Source: an uncultured Candidatus Saccharibacteria bacterium (GTDB taxonomy: Bacteria > Patescibacteriota > CALEFQ01 > G965231055). From it: DNA of 64,000 nucleotides. The stretch is from positions 732,500 to 796,499 of the forward strand of contig OZ246411.1 of the NCBI GenBank assembly GCA_965231055.1, read 5' to 3'. Below, one piece after another: positions 19,952 through 29,441 of this stretch (positions within the stretch are counted from its first letter, which is position 1; every line of letters starts with the position of its first letter). A program made the position numbers and the translations under genes. The notes beneath the pieces are model-generated. The model did not search any database. It was not told the origin of the DNA and worked only from the letters and a program-made list of their open reading frames with translations.

Positions 19952-20365
19952 ATGCTAAAAACCATATGGGCTCACACAATGTTCATACTAACTCTTGCAC
20001 AGATCGGAGTAACTGTCTTTTTTATTAGCGAAAATTCTGCCGTGAACACCTGGATGAATTCCACTGCAACCATAGGAAACAACAATATACCACTCGCCCT
20101 TCTGTTCTCAATCTTGGCATGGTGTTCGCTTGCATGCTACTCTCTTCTGATTTTCCACTCAGCCCACGCCATCAAACCCCAAAAACGGCGCATAATAACG
20201 TCAGCCAGACTAAACATCGCCACATTCCTCATCGGCATTATTATTGCCCTATCAGGATGCGTATATGGTGCCGTATCTGCAATACCACGATTCACATTGA
20301 TAGCTCTTGGACCAATAATGATTGTAAGCCTTACGATACCACTCATAAATTCCAAAGAAGAATAA
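19952..20365 (+). CDS. small multi-pass membrane protein (137 aa), paralog 1
   Basis: AGGAGG RBS 7 nt upstream of ATG; 4 predicted TM helices; the KRRIITSARLNIATFLIGIIIA segment matches paralog 2. Confidence 0.6.
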   Translation: MLKTIWAHTMFILTLAQIGVTVFFISENSAVNTWMNSTATIGNNNIPLALLFSILAWCSLACYSLLIFHSAHAIKPQKRRIITSARLNIATFLIGIIIALSGCVYGAVSAIPRFTLIALGPIMIVSLTIPLINSKEE

Positions 20366-20456
20366 GAAACAAAACAGATCCTTCACACCCTACTGCCTTC
20401 AGTGGGGTTATTTTTTTATAAAATAGAAAATTGCTAGCCCAAAAAAGCTGTTTTTA

Positions 20457-20494
20457 ATTATTGGACATTTTGAGGTAATTTTGATAGGTTTTAA
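20457..20494 (+). promoter_or_regulatory. conserved upstream block (promoter/leader) of membrane-protein paralog 2
   Basis: tattggacattttgaggtaattttgataggtttta; duplicate of the block upstream of paralog 1. Confidence 0.4.
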
Positions 20495-20547
20495 GCACAT
20501 AGTGTTTCTAGATTTATTCAACTCGTTCATTTAAAAGGAGACTAGGG

Positions 20548-20916
20548 ATGAAAAATTTTCTTATCGGTTTAATTGGTGCATTTGCGATTATTCAAGTTGG
20601 CGCGGCGCTTGACATGATTGGAGAATATGCTAAAGCAATCGAAAAAGACGGAACACTACTTATCATCGCAATTCCTCTCCTGACATGGTATGCGCTCACT
20701 ATTTACTCTTTTTGGTTATTTCCACTTGTACTTCTAAGAAATCCCAACAAAACGAGAATTGCAACATCTTTCGGCTTGAGATTTTCAGCGACTTTTATTG
20801 GACTCTGCATTGCCACAGCTGATGCATTGTTCACCGCAAAACTAAGCGTCATTCAACTTATCTTGCTAATAGTGATTAGCTTGGCAACGATCCTTGTGAA
20901 CCCAGTCAAAACCTAA
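20548..20916 (+). CDS. small multi-pass membrane protein (122 aa), paralog 2
   Basis: AAGGAG RBS; hydrophobic profile and the KTRIATSFGLRFSATFIGLCIA segment parallel paralog 1. Confidence 0.6.
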   Translation: MKNFLIGLIGAFAIIQVGAALDMIGEYAKAIEKDGTLLIIAIPLLTWYALTIYSFWLFPLVLLRNPNKTRIATSFGLRFSATFIGLCIATADALFTAKLSVIQLILLIVISLATILVNPVKT

Positions 20917-20945
20917 AAAACCCAACGTTCTCTCTTGAACAAAAA

Positions 20946-20975
20946 AACAGCCCGTAAAAAAGGCTGTTTAAAATT
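20946..20975 (-). terminator. rho-independent terminator downstream of secY (convergent with the + strand membrane-protein genes)
   Basis: aacagcc / ggctgtt 7-bp stem with 9-nt loop; T-run on the minus strand. Confidence 0.6.
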
Positions 20976-20988
20976 GCTCAAAATTAAT

Positions 20989-22266
20989 CTAGATACCCTC
21001 GTAATCTCGCATAACTAACTGAGAATCTATTTGTTTTACTGTCTCTATAACCACAGAAACTACGATCAAAAGCGCAGTTCCACCTATTGTAAGGGTTTGA
21101 ATACCAGTACTTGCCTGAACTATGTTTGGAAGCACAGCTATGATACCGAGAAAGATCGCACCAGTGAGTGTAATTCTGTTTACAATATACTTGAGGTAAT
21201 CAGCAGTGGGCTTACCTGGTCTAATTCCAGGAATAAATCCACCCTGTCTTTGCACATTTTCAGAAATTTGCTTTGGATCAAACGTAATTGAGGTATAAAA
21301 ATACGTGAATGCGACAACCAGCACAAAATACAAAATCGCATAAACCAATTTGTCATTGAAAAATGCCGCTATCGCTGCAGCCGCATTTGCGACTGTGGCA
21401 TTGGAAACACCTGAAAGAAACTGAGCGATGATTCCAGGAAAAAGCATAATAGCTATAGCAAATATAATAGGCATAACTCCCGCCTGATTTACTCTAAGCG
21501 GAAGATGACTCGTAATTCCACCGTACATCCTATTTCCTCTGATTCTTTTTGCATAAGAAACTGGGATATTTCTTTGTCCCTCTGTGATCAAAACTACTCC
21601 GGCGATAACAACTATTGCGATAGCGCCAAAAACTAACATGCTGATTGTTTGAGTAGCATCAGCGACTGATAATGTTTGTTTAATAGAAGCGGGAATTCTA
21701 GAAACAATTCCAGCAAAAATGATTAAAGAAACTCCATTGCCTATTCCTTTTTCAGAAATCAATTCACCAATCCACATCAAAAGCACGGTTCCAGCAGTAG
21801 CCGCAACCACAATTGATACCATATTTGTAACAGAAAGGTCAGTGATCAATTTTACAGAACCTCTGTTCATCAAGGCAATCATGGAATAAACCTGAAGTGC
21901 CGCAAAGGGAACTGTAAAGATTCTAGTAAGTTGATTGAGCTTTTTGCGTCCTTCTTCGCCTTCTTCCTTTTGCATTCTTTCAAGTGCAGGAATAATCATA
22001 GCAAGCAACTGAAAAATAATAGAAGACGTAATATATGGTCCAACTCCAAGCATAGCTATAGAGAGTGAGGAGAGACCTCCTCCAGAAAAAATATCAAGAA
22101 GACCAAACATGTCATTGCTCTCCATAAAATTCGCCAGTGCCGCAGTATCAACTCCGGGAACTGGGATAGCTGAAATAACTTTGAAAATTAAAAGCATAAC
22201 AGCAACAAATATTATTTTGTTGCGTATCTCTTTTACACTAAAAACTTGTTTTAGTTTTTCAAACAC
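20989..22266 (-). CDS. secY: preprotein translocase subunit SecY
   Basis: 425 aa, 10 TM segments with typical SecY motifs. Confidence 0.95.
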   Translation of the reverse strand: MFEKLKQVFSVKEIRNKIIFVAVMLLIFKVISAIPVPGVDTAALANFMESNDMFGLLDIFSGGGLSSLSIAMLGVGPYITSSIIFQLLAMIIPALERMQKEEGEEGRKKLNQLTRIFTVPFAALQVYSMIALMNRGSVKLITDLSVTNMVSIVVAATAGTVLLMWIGELISEKGIGNGVSLIIFAGIVSRIPASIKQTLSVADATQTISMLVFGAIAIVVIAGVVLITEGQRNIPVSYAKRIRGNRMYGGITSHLPLRVNQAGVMPIIFAIAIMLFPGIIAQFLSGVSNATVANAAAAIAAFFNDKLVYAILYFVLVVAFTYFYTSITFDPKQISENVQRQGGFIPGIRPGKPTADYLKYIVNRITLTGAIFLGIIAVLPNIVQASTGIQTLTIGGTALLIVVSVVIETVKQIDSQLVMRDYEGI

Positions 22267-22285
22267 GGTTTTTTATTAAACCCTA

Positions 22286-22735
22286 TTATTTTTTTGCGTC
22301 TTTCTTGTCTCCAAGCAAGCTCGCTGAAAGTTTTATTTCTTTATCAAAAGAAAATGTTTTTTTGCTTTTTCCAGCCACAACCTTAACTGCATTAACGTAA
22401 CTAGCAACTATGTTTTTCTTTTTAAGTTTGGCTATTGTAATAAGTTCTTTGGAATCAAAATATTTGTCCAAAATAGTCATTGATACGGAGTCACTTAGTT
22501 TTTTCTGTAGTTTCATTGCTCCCTTACTTTGACCTCTTAGCTTTGGCATTCTTCTAATAAAAGACTTCATTCCACCTTCAAATCCTGGTCTACTGCCTCT
22601 TCGGCCACCAGATCTAGATCGCTGACCCTTTTGTCCTCTTCCGCTTTTGGCACCACTTCCACCACCAATACCCCTACCTTTTCTGGGTTTCTTGTATGTG
22701 CTTCTGTATTTCGCTTTGATCTGATTTATTTTCAT
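22286..22735 (-). CDS. rplO: 50S ribosomal protein L15
   Basis: G/R-rich N-terminal region (RKGRGIGGGSGAKSGRGQKGQ). Confidence 0.9.
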   Translation of the reverse strand: MKINQIKAKYRSTYKKPRKGRGIGGGSGAKSGRGQKGQRSRSGGRRGSRPGFEGGMKSFIRRMPKLRGQSKGAMKLQKKLSDSVSMTILDKYFDSKELITIAKLKKKNIVASYVNAVKVVAGKSKKTFSFDKEIKLSASLLGDKKDAKK

Positions 22736-22737
22736 GG

Positions 22738-23283
22738 TTATTTCTTAGCTGTATTAGATTGTACTTTTGTATTAGAATTCTTTGCTTTTCTTGTTCTATA
22801 TTTTCCATCAAGAATAGCAATCTTTTCCATCGCCTTGAAAACTGCCTTAACATTATTTATCTTGTTTTGAGATCCCATCATCTTGGCAACAATATCTTTG
22901 ACTCCAGCCATATCCATAACCACACGTACCGAACCACCAGCAATAACTCCTTTTCCTTTTACAGCTGGCTTAAGTAGAACCTTAGCACTTCCGCTTTTAA
23001 CATTTACTTGATATGGGATAGTGGTTCCTTTGAGTGGAACTTGAACAAGATTTTTCTTTGCATGCTCAGCCGCTTTGTTTACCGCAGCACTTACATCAGC
23101 ACCTTTGGCTAGAGCAAAACCTACTTTGCCTTTTCTGTTTCCAACAACAACAAGTGCTCTGAATCTAAATCTTTTGCCTCCCTTAACAACACGAGAAACT
23201 CTGGCAACATCAACTACGCGCTGATCAAACTCGCGTGGTTCTCTGAATCCTCTTGATTTATTGCTTTTTTCAACTTTTGCCAT
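22738..23283 (-). CDS. rpsE: 30S ribosomal protein S5
   Basis: VVKGGKRFRFRALVVVGN motif; immediately abuts rplO with no L30 gene between. Confidence 0.95.
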   Translation of the reverse strand: MAKVEKSNKSRGFREPREFDQRVVDVARVSRVVKGGKRFRFRALVVVGNRKGKVGFALAKGADVSAAVNKAAEHAKKNLVQVPLKGTTIPYQVNVKSGSAKVLLKPAVKGKGVIAGGSVRVVMDMAGVKDIVAKMMGSQNKINNVKAVFKAMEKIAILDGKYRTRKAKNSNTKVQSNTAKK

Positions 23284-23295
23284 CTTTATAAGTGA

Positions 23296-23628
23296 TTAGA
23301 ATTTAAGTCCCCCTTTACGCGCTCCATCCGCAACTGCTTTTACTCTTCCGTGATATTTATATCCTCTTTTATCGAAAACAACTTTGGTAACTTTTTTTGA
23401 AACTGATTTCTTCGCGATCTCTTCTCCGAGGGCAGTAGCCTCCTTAAGTGTTTTACCGCTAGCCTTTGCAGAAAGAATAGTAATACCTTTTACATCATCC
23501 ATCAAAGAAGCGTATATAAATTTATTGCTTTTAAAAACACAAAGTCTTGGGCAATCTGAAGATCCAGAAACCTTAGCTCTGACTCTTTTTACTCGTCTAT
23601 TAAATTTTTCAATTTTACTTGTTGCCAT
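23296..23628 (-). CDS. rplR: 50S ribosomal protein L18
   Basis: RLCVFKSNKFIYAS motif. Confidence 0.9.
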   Translation of the reverse strand: MATSKIEKFNRRVKRVRAKVSGSSDCPRLCVFKSNKFIYASLMDDVKGITILSAKASGKTLKEATALGEEIAKKSVSKKVTKVVFDKRGYKYHGRVKAVADGARKGGLKF

Positions 23629-23645
23629 AATATATTTTCTTAGAA

Positions 23646-24203
23646 TTATTTAGCAGAAGCTTCTTCACCGGCAGCTTTCTTACCTTCTTTTCTCACTATA
23701 TGCTCATCTGCATATTTGATACCCTTACCCTTGTAAGGCTCTGGCGGCTTGATTCCTCTAAGTTCAGCTGAAAACTGTCCCACCATTCTTTTATCTGGAC
23801 CTGAAACTTCTATAGTATTTTTCACAACCTTCACTGAAACTGTTTCTGGTATAGCAAGTTCTACGGGATGTGAAAATCCAACTTCAAGCACAACTTTCTT
23901 GCTTCCTTCAACTTTGATTCTATATCCAACTCCGTTAAATTCCAATTTTTTTGTAAATCCTTTTGACACACCCTCTATTAGATTTGCAACCTGAGTCCTA
24001 GCCAATCCCCAAAAATTTGAAAAATCTTCTTTTCCTTTTTTGGGTTCTAGTGAAACTTGATTGTCAGCTATTTTCATATCAATACTTGGGTGAATCTTAT
24101 CTTTCAATACTACATTTCCTTTTTTAACCTCAACTAGACCGTCTTTTACGGTTACGCTCACTCCCTCTGGTATACTAATTGGTTTTCTTCCTATTCTAGA
24201 CAT
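23646..24203 (-). CDS. rplF: 50S ribosomal protein L6
   Basis: MSRIGRKPISIPEGV N-terminus. Confidence 0.95.
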   Translation of the reverse strand: MSRIGRKPISIPEGVSVTVKDGLVEVKKGNVVLKDKIHPSIDMKIADNQVSLEPKKGKEDFSNFWGLARTQVANLIEGVSKGFTKKLEFNGVGYRIKVEGSKKVVLEVGFSHPVELAIPETVSVKVVKNTIEVSGPDKRMVGQFSAELRGIKPPEPYKGKGIKYADEHIVRKEGKKAAGEEASAK

Positions 24204-24219
24204 ATTTTTTTCTTATATA

Positions 24220-24609
24220 TTACCAAATTTTACCTACGATCTCTCCGCCTATATTAGCTTTCTTAGCTTCTCTACTGGTCATCAGCCCCTTTGAAGTAGA
24301 AATAATAATAATACCATCTCCACCTAAAGACTTACCCATTCTCTGGCATGGACTATAGATTCTCTGACCTGGCTTACTAATCCTCTCTATATGAGATATC
24401 ATTGGGTCTCCATTTGTATAGATAAGCATTAGTTTTATATATGGTTTGCCATCTTTCTCAACATCTCTAAAATCCTCAACATATTTCTCTTTTACTAAAA
24501 TTTCAGCAATTTTCATTTTAAAGTTGGAACGAGGAATCAAAACCGAATCCCTTTTTGAGGACTGGGCATTTCTTATTCTTGTAAACATGTCAGCTATTGG
24601 ATCTGTCAT
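24220..24609 (-). CDS. rpsH: 30S ribosomal protein S8
   Basis: DPIADMFTRIRNA motif. Confidence 0.95.
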   Translation of the reverse strand: MTDPIADMFTRIRNAQSSKRDSVLIPRSNFKMKIAEILVKEKYVEDFRDVEKDGKPYIKLMLIYTNGDPMISHIERISKPGQRIYSPCQRMGKSLGGDGIIIISTSKGLMTSREAKKANIGGEIVGKIW

Positions 24610-24639
24610 TATAGATATATTATTTATTGTATCTTAATC

Positions 24640-24825
24640 TTACCAACTTGATTTTTTGATTCCTGGTATATCACCATTATCAGCAAGCTCTCTAAAACAT
24701 ATTCTGCAAACACCAAATTCTCTCATATATCCTCTTTTTCTTCCGCATCTCCAACATCGTCTCACGTTTCTGGTTGAGAATTTTGGCTTTCTATTTGATT
24801 TTGCGACTTGATTCTTTGTTGCCAT
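24640..24825 (-). CDS. rpsZ: 30S ribosomal protein S14 type Z (Zn-binding)
   Basis: 61 aa with [20 protein letters not shown]. Confidence 0.9.
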   Translation of the reverse strand: MATKNQVAKSNRKPKFSTRNVRRCWRCGRKRGYMREFGVCRICFRELADNGDIPGIKKSSW

Positions 24826-24827
24826 AG

Positions 24828-25433
24828 CTATTTCTTAGGTTCATTAGCTTTTTTATCTTTCTTCTTTTTCTTATCCTTGCTCTTTTCTATCTTCTCCTTG
24901 GTAAAAGGAAATCCCATCATCTCAAGCATCCTGATAGAGTGATCTCTTTCCTTTGCCTTGATAGTGATAACTACTTCCAATCCGTGAATTTTTTCAACTT
25001 CATCTGGATTTATTTCTGGAAAAGCTGTGTGCTCTCTTAGTCCCACCGCGAGATTACCTCTCTGATCTACAACTGAATAAGGTATTCCTCTAAAATCTCT
25101 AACTCTAGGCAAAGCAACGTTCACAAACTTATCAAAAAATGCATACATTCTCTCTCCTCTAAGTGTAACCATAACTCCAACGATCTGACCTTTTCTGGTG
25201 CCAAAACCCGAAACTGCTCTTTTTGATTTGGTTTTGACTGACTTTTGTCCTGTGATTCTGTTCAATGTGCTCTCGTAGTTTTCTAGCAAAGTCTTGTCTT
25301 CTGAGGCTTTTCCAGCACCGATATTGAGAGTGATCTTTGAAAGAAAAGGAACCTCGTGATCATTATCAAGCTTTAGCTCTTTTTTAAGCTTTTTCTTGAT
25401 TTCTTTATTAAATTTTTCTTTAAGTCTATTCAT
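24828..25433 (-). CDS. rplE: 50S ribosomal protein L5
   Basis: position in spc cluster between rplX and S14 and conserved core; K-rich C-terminal tail. Confidence 0.9.
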   Translation of the reverse strand: MNRLKEKFNKEIKKKLKKELKLDNDHEVPFLSKITLNIGAGKASEDKTLLENYESTLNRITGQKSVKTKSKRAVSGFGTRKGQIVGVMVTLRGERMYAFFDKFVNVALPRVRDFRGIPYSVVDQRGNLAVGLREHTAFPEINPDEVEKIHGLEVVITIKAKERDHSIRMLEMMGFPFTKEKIEKSKDKKKKKDKKANEPKK

Positions 25434-25747
25434 TAGAATTCTGATTTACATTTTTTACATACTCTAGTGTTTTTATTTCCATCCTTCTTCTTTCCGGTTC
25501 TTGATGGTTTGCCACACTTGGGACAAACTATCATAGCATTTGATATATCAAAATATGCATTAAACTCAACTAGTTGACCTTTTTCTCCTTGCTTCTTTGG
25601 TTTGACACTTTTCTTGCGCTTGTTCATACCTTCCACAACTATCTTGCTCTTTCTTGGATCAACCTTAATAACCTTGCCGGTTTTTCCCTTATCTTTTCCC
25701 GCAAGCATTTTTACTGTGTCGCCTTTTTTTACTTTTAGAATTGACAT
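25433..25747 (-). CDS. rplX: 50S ribosomal protein L24 with C-terminal C4 zinc-ribbon extension
   Basis: KOW motif KKGDTVKMLAGKDKGKTGKV; tail CPKCG...x17...CKKC. Confidence 0.9.
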   Translation of the reverse strand: MSILKVKKGDTVKMLAGKDKGKTGKVIKVDPRKSKIVVEGMNKRKKSVKPKKQGEKGQLVEFNAYFDISNAMIVCPKCGKPSRTGKKKDGNKNTRVCKKCKSEF

Positions 25748-25751
25748 ATTT

Positions 25752-26120
25752 TTATAAAACTTCTGGTGCTAATGAAATAATCTTTTTAAATCCCGCTTGT
25801 CTCACTTCTCTGGCGATAGGTCCGAAAACTCGGGTTCCTCTTGGCTCACCAGCATCATTGAGTACAACTGCAGCGTTCTCATCAAATCTAATATATGAAC
25901 CATCTTCTCTGCGAATTTCTTTTTTCTGTCTAACAATAACAGCCTTTGCAACTTCCCCTTCTTTCACTAATCCTCTAGGTTCAGCGCTTTTAATTGATAC
26001 AACTATTACATCACCGACTCTCGCATATCTTTTTTTGAAACCACCGAGTACTTTAATACAAGCAAGCTCATTTGCCCCTGTATTATCAGCTGATGCCATT
26101 CTTGTTCCTTGCTGTATCAT
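25752..26120 (-). CDS. rplN: 50S ribosomal protein L14
   Basis: [17 protein letters not shown]-terminus. Confidence 0.95.
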   Translation of the reverse strand: MIQQGTRMASADNTGANELACIKVLGGFKKRYARVGDVIVVSIKSAEPRGLVKEGEVAKAVIVRQKKEIRREDGSYIRFDENAAVVLNDAGEPRGTRVFGPIAREVRQAGFKKIISLAPEVL

Positions 26121-26127
26121 AGTGATA

Positions 26128-26376
26128 TTACTTAATTATTTTTGTCATTAACCATCGCTTGGTCTTGCTCAAGGGTCTACACTCTACAAACTCAACTTCA
26201 TTTCCAACAATAGCTTCGTCTTTCGCATCATGTACGTAAAACTTCTTAGCTCTCAGAAAGCGCTTCTTGTATTTCTTATGCAGAATGCTTCGGGTAACTT
26301 CCACAACAATCGTGTTTTTCATTTTATCTGAAACAACTGTTCCTTGAAATTTTCTTATTTTTTTAACTTTATCCAT
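26128..26376 (-). CDS. rpsQ: 30S ribosomal protein S17
   Basis: 82 aa, [14 protein letters not shown] motif. Confidence 0.9.
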   Translation of the reverse strand: MDKVKKIRKFQGTVVSDKMKNTIVVEVTRSILHKKYKKRFLRAKKFYVHDAKDEAIVGNEVEFVECRPLSKTKRWLMTKIIK

Positions 26377-26384
26377 ATTTATTC

Positions 26385-26582
26385 TTAATTAACCTTTTGC
26401 TTTCTCTCATTTAATACCGTCATGATTCTTGCAATTTCTTTCTTGATTTTCACCTTGCTCCAAAAATCTTTCATCTGGTTTTGTGCTAACTTAAAACTAG
26501 CATCACGTTGCTTTTCTTGCAACTCTGAAATTAGCGTCAACAGCTCTTTATCCTGTTTTTCTCTTAATTCTTTGATCTTCAT
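26385..26582 (-). CDS. rpmC: 50S ribosomal protein L29
   Basis: 65 aa between rpsQ and rplP; ELREK...EL motif. Confidence 0.85.
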   Translation of the reverse strand: MKIKELREKQDKELLTLISELQEKQRDASFKLAQNQMKDFWSKVKIKKEIARIMTVLNERKQKVN

Positions 26583-26584
26583 GT

Positions 26585-26992
26585 TTATTTGCTAACAAAT
26601 TTAGTCTTAACTGGCAACTTGTAAGCTGCCAACCTCATCGCTTCTTTTGCAACACTTTCAGATACACCATCCATTTCAAAAATAATTCTTCCAGCTTGAA
26701 CCTTGGTCACGTAATAGTCAACGACTCCCTTACCCTTACCCATTGGAGTTTCTGCTCCTTTGGTGGTCATAGCTTTATCTGGAAAAACTCTTATCCAAAC
26801 TTTTCCTCCACGTTGAATGAATCTCGTCATGGCTCTTCTCGCTGCTTCAAGCTGTCTTGATCTTACATTAACACTCTCGATAGCTTTTAGCCCAAAACTA
26901 CCATAACTCAATTTGCTACCTCGTATTGAAACACCTGAGACTTTTGAGCCTCTTTGTTGCTTTCTGTATTTTACTTTACGTGGAATAAACAT
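26585..26992 (-). CDS. rplP: 50S ribosomal protein L16
   Basis: [16 protein letters not shown]-terminus. Confidence 0.95.
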   Translation of the reverse strand: MFIPRKVKYRKQQRGSKVSGVSIRGSKLSYGSFGLKAIESVNVRSRQLEAARRAMTRFIQRGGKVWIRVFPDKAMTTKGAETPMGKGKGVVDYYVTKVQAGRIIFEMDGVSESVAKEAMRLAAYKLPVKTKFVSK

Positions 26993-27005
26993 CTGATTGC
27001 TTTAA

Positions 27006-27695
27006 TTATTTTCTGGTAGTTTGAGGGACCTCTTGTTCTACAATTTTATCTTTAAAAACTTGTCCCTTGTAAACCCAAACCTTAATACCAATAATACCGT
27101 ATGTAGTCTGTGCAACATCTTTAGCGAAATCTATATTTGCTCTTATTGTATGCAAAGGAATACTTCCCTGCACCAAATGTTCTCTTCTAGACATTTCAGC
27201 TCCATTAAGTCTTCCAGCAACCATAATTTTTATACCTTTAACACCCACGCTATCCTTTGATCTTTCGATTGCTTGTTTCAAAACTCTTTTAAATGGAACT
27301 CTTTTTTCAAGTTGTTCGGCAATTCCTCTCGCAATAACAGCAGCGTTTCCTAGTGGATCCTTTACTTCTTCTATATTTACCTTGATTTCAAGTTTCTTTC
27401 CAGAAAGCTTTTCGGTCTCTTGCGCAAGTTCCTTTTTCAAATCTTCAACTCCGGCACCACCTTTTCCTATAATAATTCCTGGTCTTGGAGTATGAATTGA
27501 AAAAAGAATACCGCGAGGAGATCTTTCAATTTCAATCTTGGCTACAGCTGCCTCTTTCAGTTTCTTTGAAATAATTTTTCTCAATCTAAAATCTTGTTCA
27601 AGATAGGTTCTAAAATTTCTTCTAGAAAACCACTTGGATTTCCATCCCTGAACATAACCTAATCGCATGCTAATTGGATTGACTTTCTGTCCCAT
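27006..27695 (-). CDS. rpsC: 30S ribosomal protein S3
   Basis: MGQKVNPISMRLG N-terminus; KH domain. Confidence 0.95.
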   Translation of the reverse strand: MGQKVNPISMRLGYVQGWKSKWFSRRNFRTYLEQDFRLRKIISKKLKEAAVAKIEIERSPRGILFSIHTPRPGIIIGKGGAGVEDLKKELAQETEKLSGKKLEIKVNIEEVKDPLGNAAVIARGIAEQLEKRVPFKRVLKQAIERSKDSVGVKGIKIMVAGRLNGAEMSRREHLVQGSIPLHTIRANIDFAKDVAQTTYGIIGIKVWVYKGQVFKDKIVEQEVPQTTRK

Positions 27696-27704
27696 ATTTT
27701 TTGA

Positions 27705-28241
27705 TTATCCCTGACTTGATTTACGTCTAAATAATTGTTTCAAAAATCCTTTGTCACTGCCTCTTGCTGTTGCTTTCTTGTCTGAAACAAATTTCTTTCC
27801 TTTTGAACCACCTTGATCATCCGAAGAATCAGTTTTTGATATATCTTCCTTGGTGCTGATTTTGGAAAACTTAACCTTGTCTTTCTTTTCTGATTTTTTA
27901 CCAGCAACCTCTTTTCCTTCCAAACATATTTGAATATGGCAAGTTCGTTTTAATATAGAATAAGCTCTACCTTTTGAAACTGGTCTCCATCTCTTGAAAA
28001 CTGGACCCTCATCAACTCTAACTTCAGAAACTTTCAAAGTAGCTTCTTCCAAATCACTATTGTTAGTTGCATTTGCCATAGCTGATTTAAGAAGTACTGC
28101 AAAAGGCTTAGCAACATTTTTATTCATAGTCTTTAACTCTATCATAGCAGAAGTAGCATTCATGCCAACAATAAGATCGCCCACTGCTCTGGCTTTTCTT
28201 GGCGCTACATGTAAATGTTTTAGCTTGGCTACAACTTTCAT
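27705..28241 (-). CDS. rplV: 50S ribosomal protein L22 (long K/S-rich C-terminal extension)
   Basis: HVAPRKARAVGDLI motif. Confidence 0.9.
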   Translation of the reverse strand: MKVVAKLKHLHVAPRKARAVGDLIVGMNATSAMIELKTMNKNVAKPFAVLLKSAMANATNNSDLEEATLKVSEVRVDEGPVFKRWRPVSKGRAYSILKRTCHIQICLEGKEVAGKKSEKKDKVKFSKISTKEDISKTDSSDDQGGSKGKKFVSDKKATARGSDKGFLKQLFRRKSSQG

Positions 28242-28246
28242 TTTAG

Positions 28247-28582
28247 TTATTTAGATTTATCATCTGATCCGGCTGCTTTATTCTTAGCACCAGACTCTGC
28301 GGCCTTGGCAGCGGCCTCTTCTTCTTTTGCCATCTTACCACCATGCACAACAAATTTTCTTGTAGGAACAAATTCTCCCAATTTATGACCAACCATGTTT
28401 TCAGTAACGTTCACTTCTTTAAATTCTTTGCCGTTGTATACATCAAAAATCAAATCTACCATGTCAGGAAATATAGTTGAACGTCTTGACCAAGTTTTTA
28501 TCCTATCACCAAGCTTAGCCTTTTTAACTTTGGCTTCAAGATGAGCGTCTCTGAATGGTCCTTTTTTTAGCGATCTAGACAT
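28247..28582 (-). CDS. rpsS: 30S ribosomal protein S19
   Basis: [11 protein letters not shown]-terminus. Confidence 0.95.
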   Translation of the reverse strand: MSRSLKKGPFRDAHLEAKVKKAKLGDRIKTWSRRSTIFPDMVDLIFDVYNGKEFKEVNVTENMVGHKLGEFVPTRKFVVHGGKMAKEEEAAAKAAESGAKNKAAGSDDKSK

Positions 28583-28606
28583 ATTGGTAAATAAAATTAG
28601 GTTAAA

Positions 28607-29437
28607 TTATTTTCTTCTCTTTACGATAAACTTATCTGAATACTTTTGTCGTTTTCTTGTCTTGACTCCCAATGCTTTCTTTCCCCAAGGTGTTTTTGGT
28701 CCTTTTCTTAGACCGATTGGAGAATGTCCTTCTCCTCCTCCGTGAGGGTGATCAACTGGGTTCATTGATTTACCGAGTACAGTAGGTCTTATTCCGAGCC
28801 ATCTCTTTCTACCAGCTTTTCCATAAACCACACCTGAGTGATCGATATTGCTTATCTGACCCATTGAAGCTTTGCAACTTTTAAATATACTTCTGACTTC
28901 ACCTGAAGGAAACTTTATCTGAACCAAATCACCTTCCTTTGACATCAACTGAGCATAGGATCCAGCGGATCTAACCAATTTTCCACCTTGATTTGGACTT
29001 ATTTCAATATTGTGAATAAATGCTCCATCTGGAATAAATTCCAAAGGCATTCTATTTCCTGGATTAGCTGAGATTTTTTTACTGGCAAATTCTACACTGC
29101 CACCAACTTCAATTTCTTCTGGTGCGATGATATATCTCTTCTCTCCATCTTCAAACATAACTAACGCAATAAAAGCACTTCTGTTTGGATCGTATTCTAG
29201 CGCAACTACCTTTGCCTTCATTTCTCTCTCTTGTTTGAAATCAACAAATCTGTAAAGATTCTTGTTTCCTGCGCCCTTGTGTCTCGTAGTGATCTTTCCT
29301 TGTGCATTTCTACCAACATCACGTTTCACTCCTTTTACCAATGATTTTTGTGGCTTTTCTTTTGTAAGCCTATCATAAACCACCGAGGTCATGTGACGCC
29401 TTGCTGGTGTTATTGCTTTGTAAGTCTTTAGTGCCAT
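28607..29437 (-). CDS. rplB: 50S ribosomal protein L2
   Basis: MALKTYKAITPARRH N-terminus and GGEGHSP motif; start set at second Met to avoid overlap with rplW. Confidence 0.9.
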   Translation of the reverse strand: MALKTYKAITPARRHMTSVVYDRLTKEKPQKSLVKGVKRDVGRNAQGKITTRHKGAGNKNLYRFVDFKQEREMKAKVVALEYDPNRSAFIALVMFEDGEKRYIIAPEEIEVGGSVEFASKKISANPGNRMPLEFIPDGAFIHNIEISPNQGGKLVRSAGSYAQLMSKEGDLVQIKFPSGEVRSIFKSCKASMGQISNIDHSGVVYGKAGRKRWLGIRPTVLGKSMNPVDHPHGGGEGHSPIGLRKGPKTPWGKKALGVKTRKRQKYSDKFIVKRRK

Positions 29438-29441
29438 ATTA

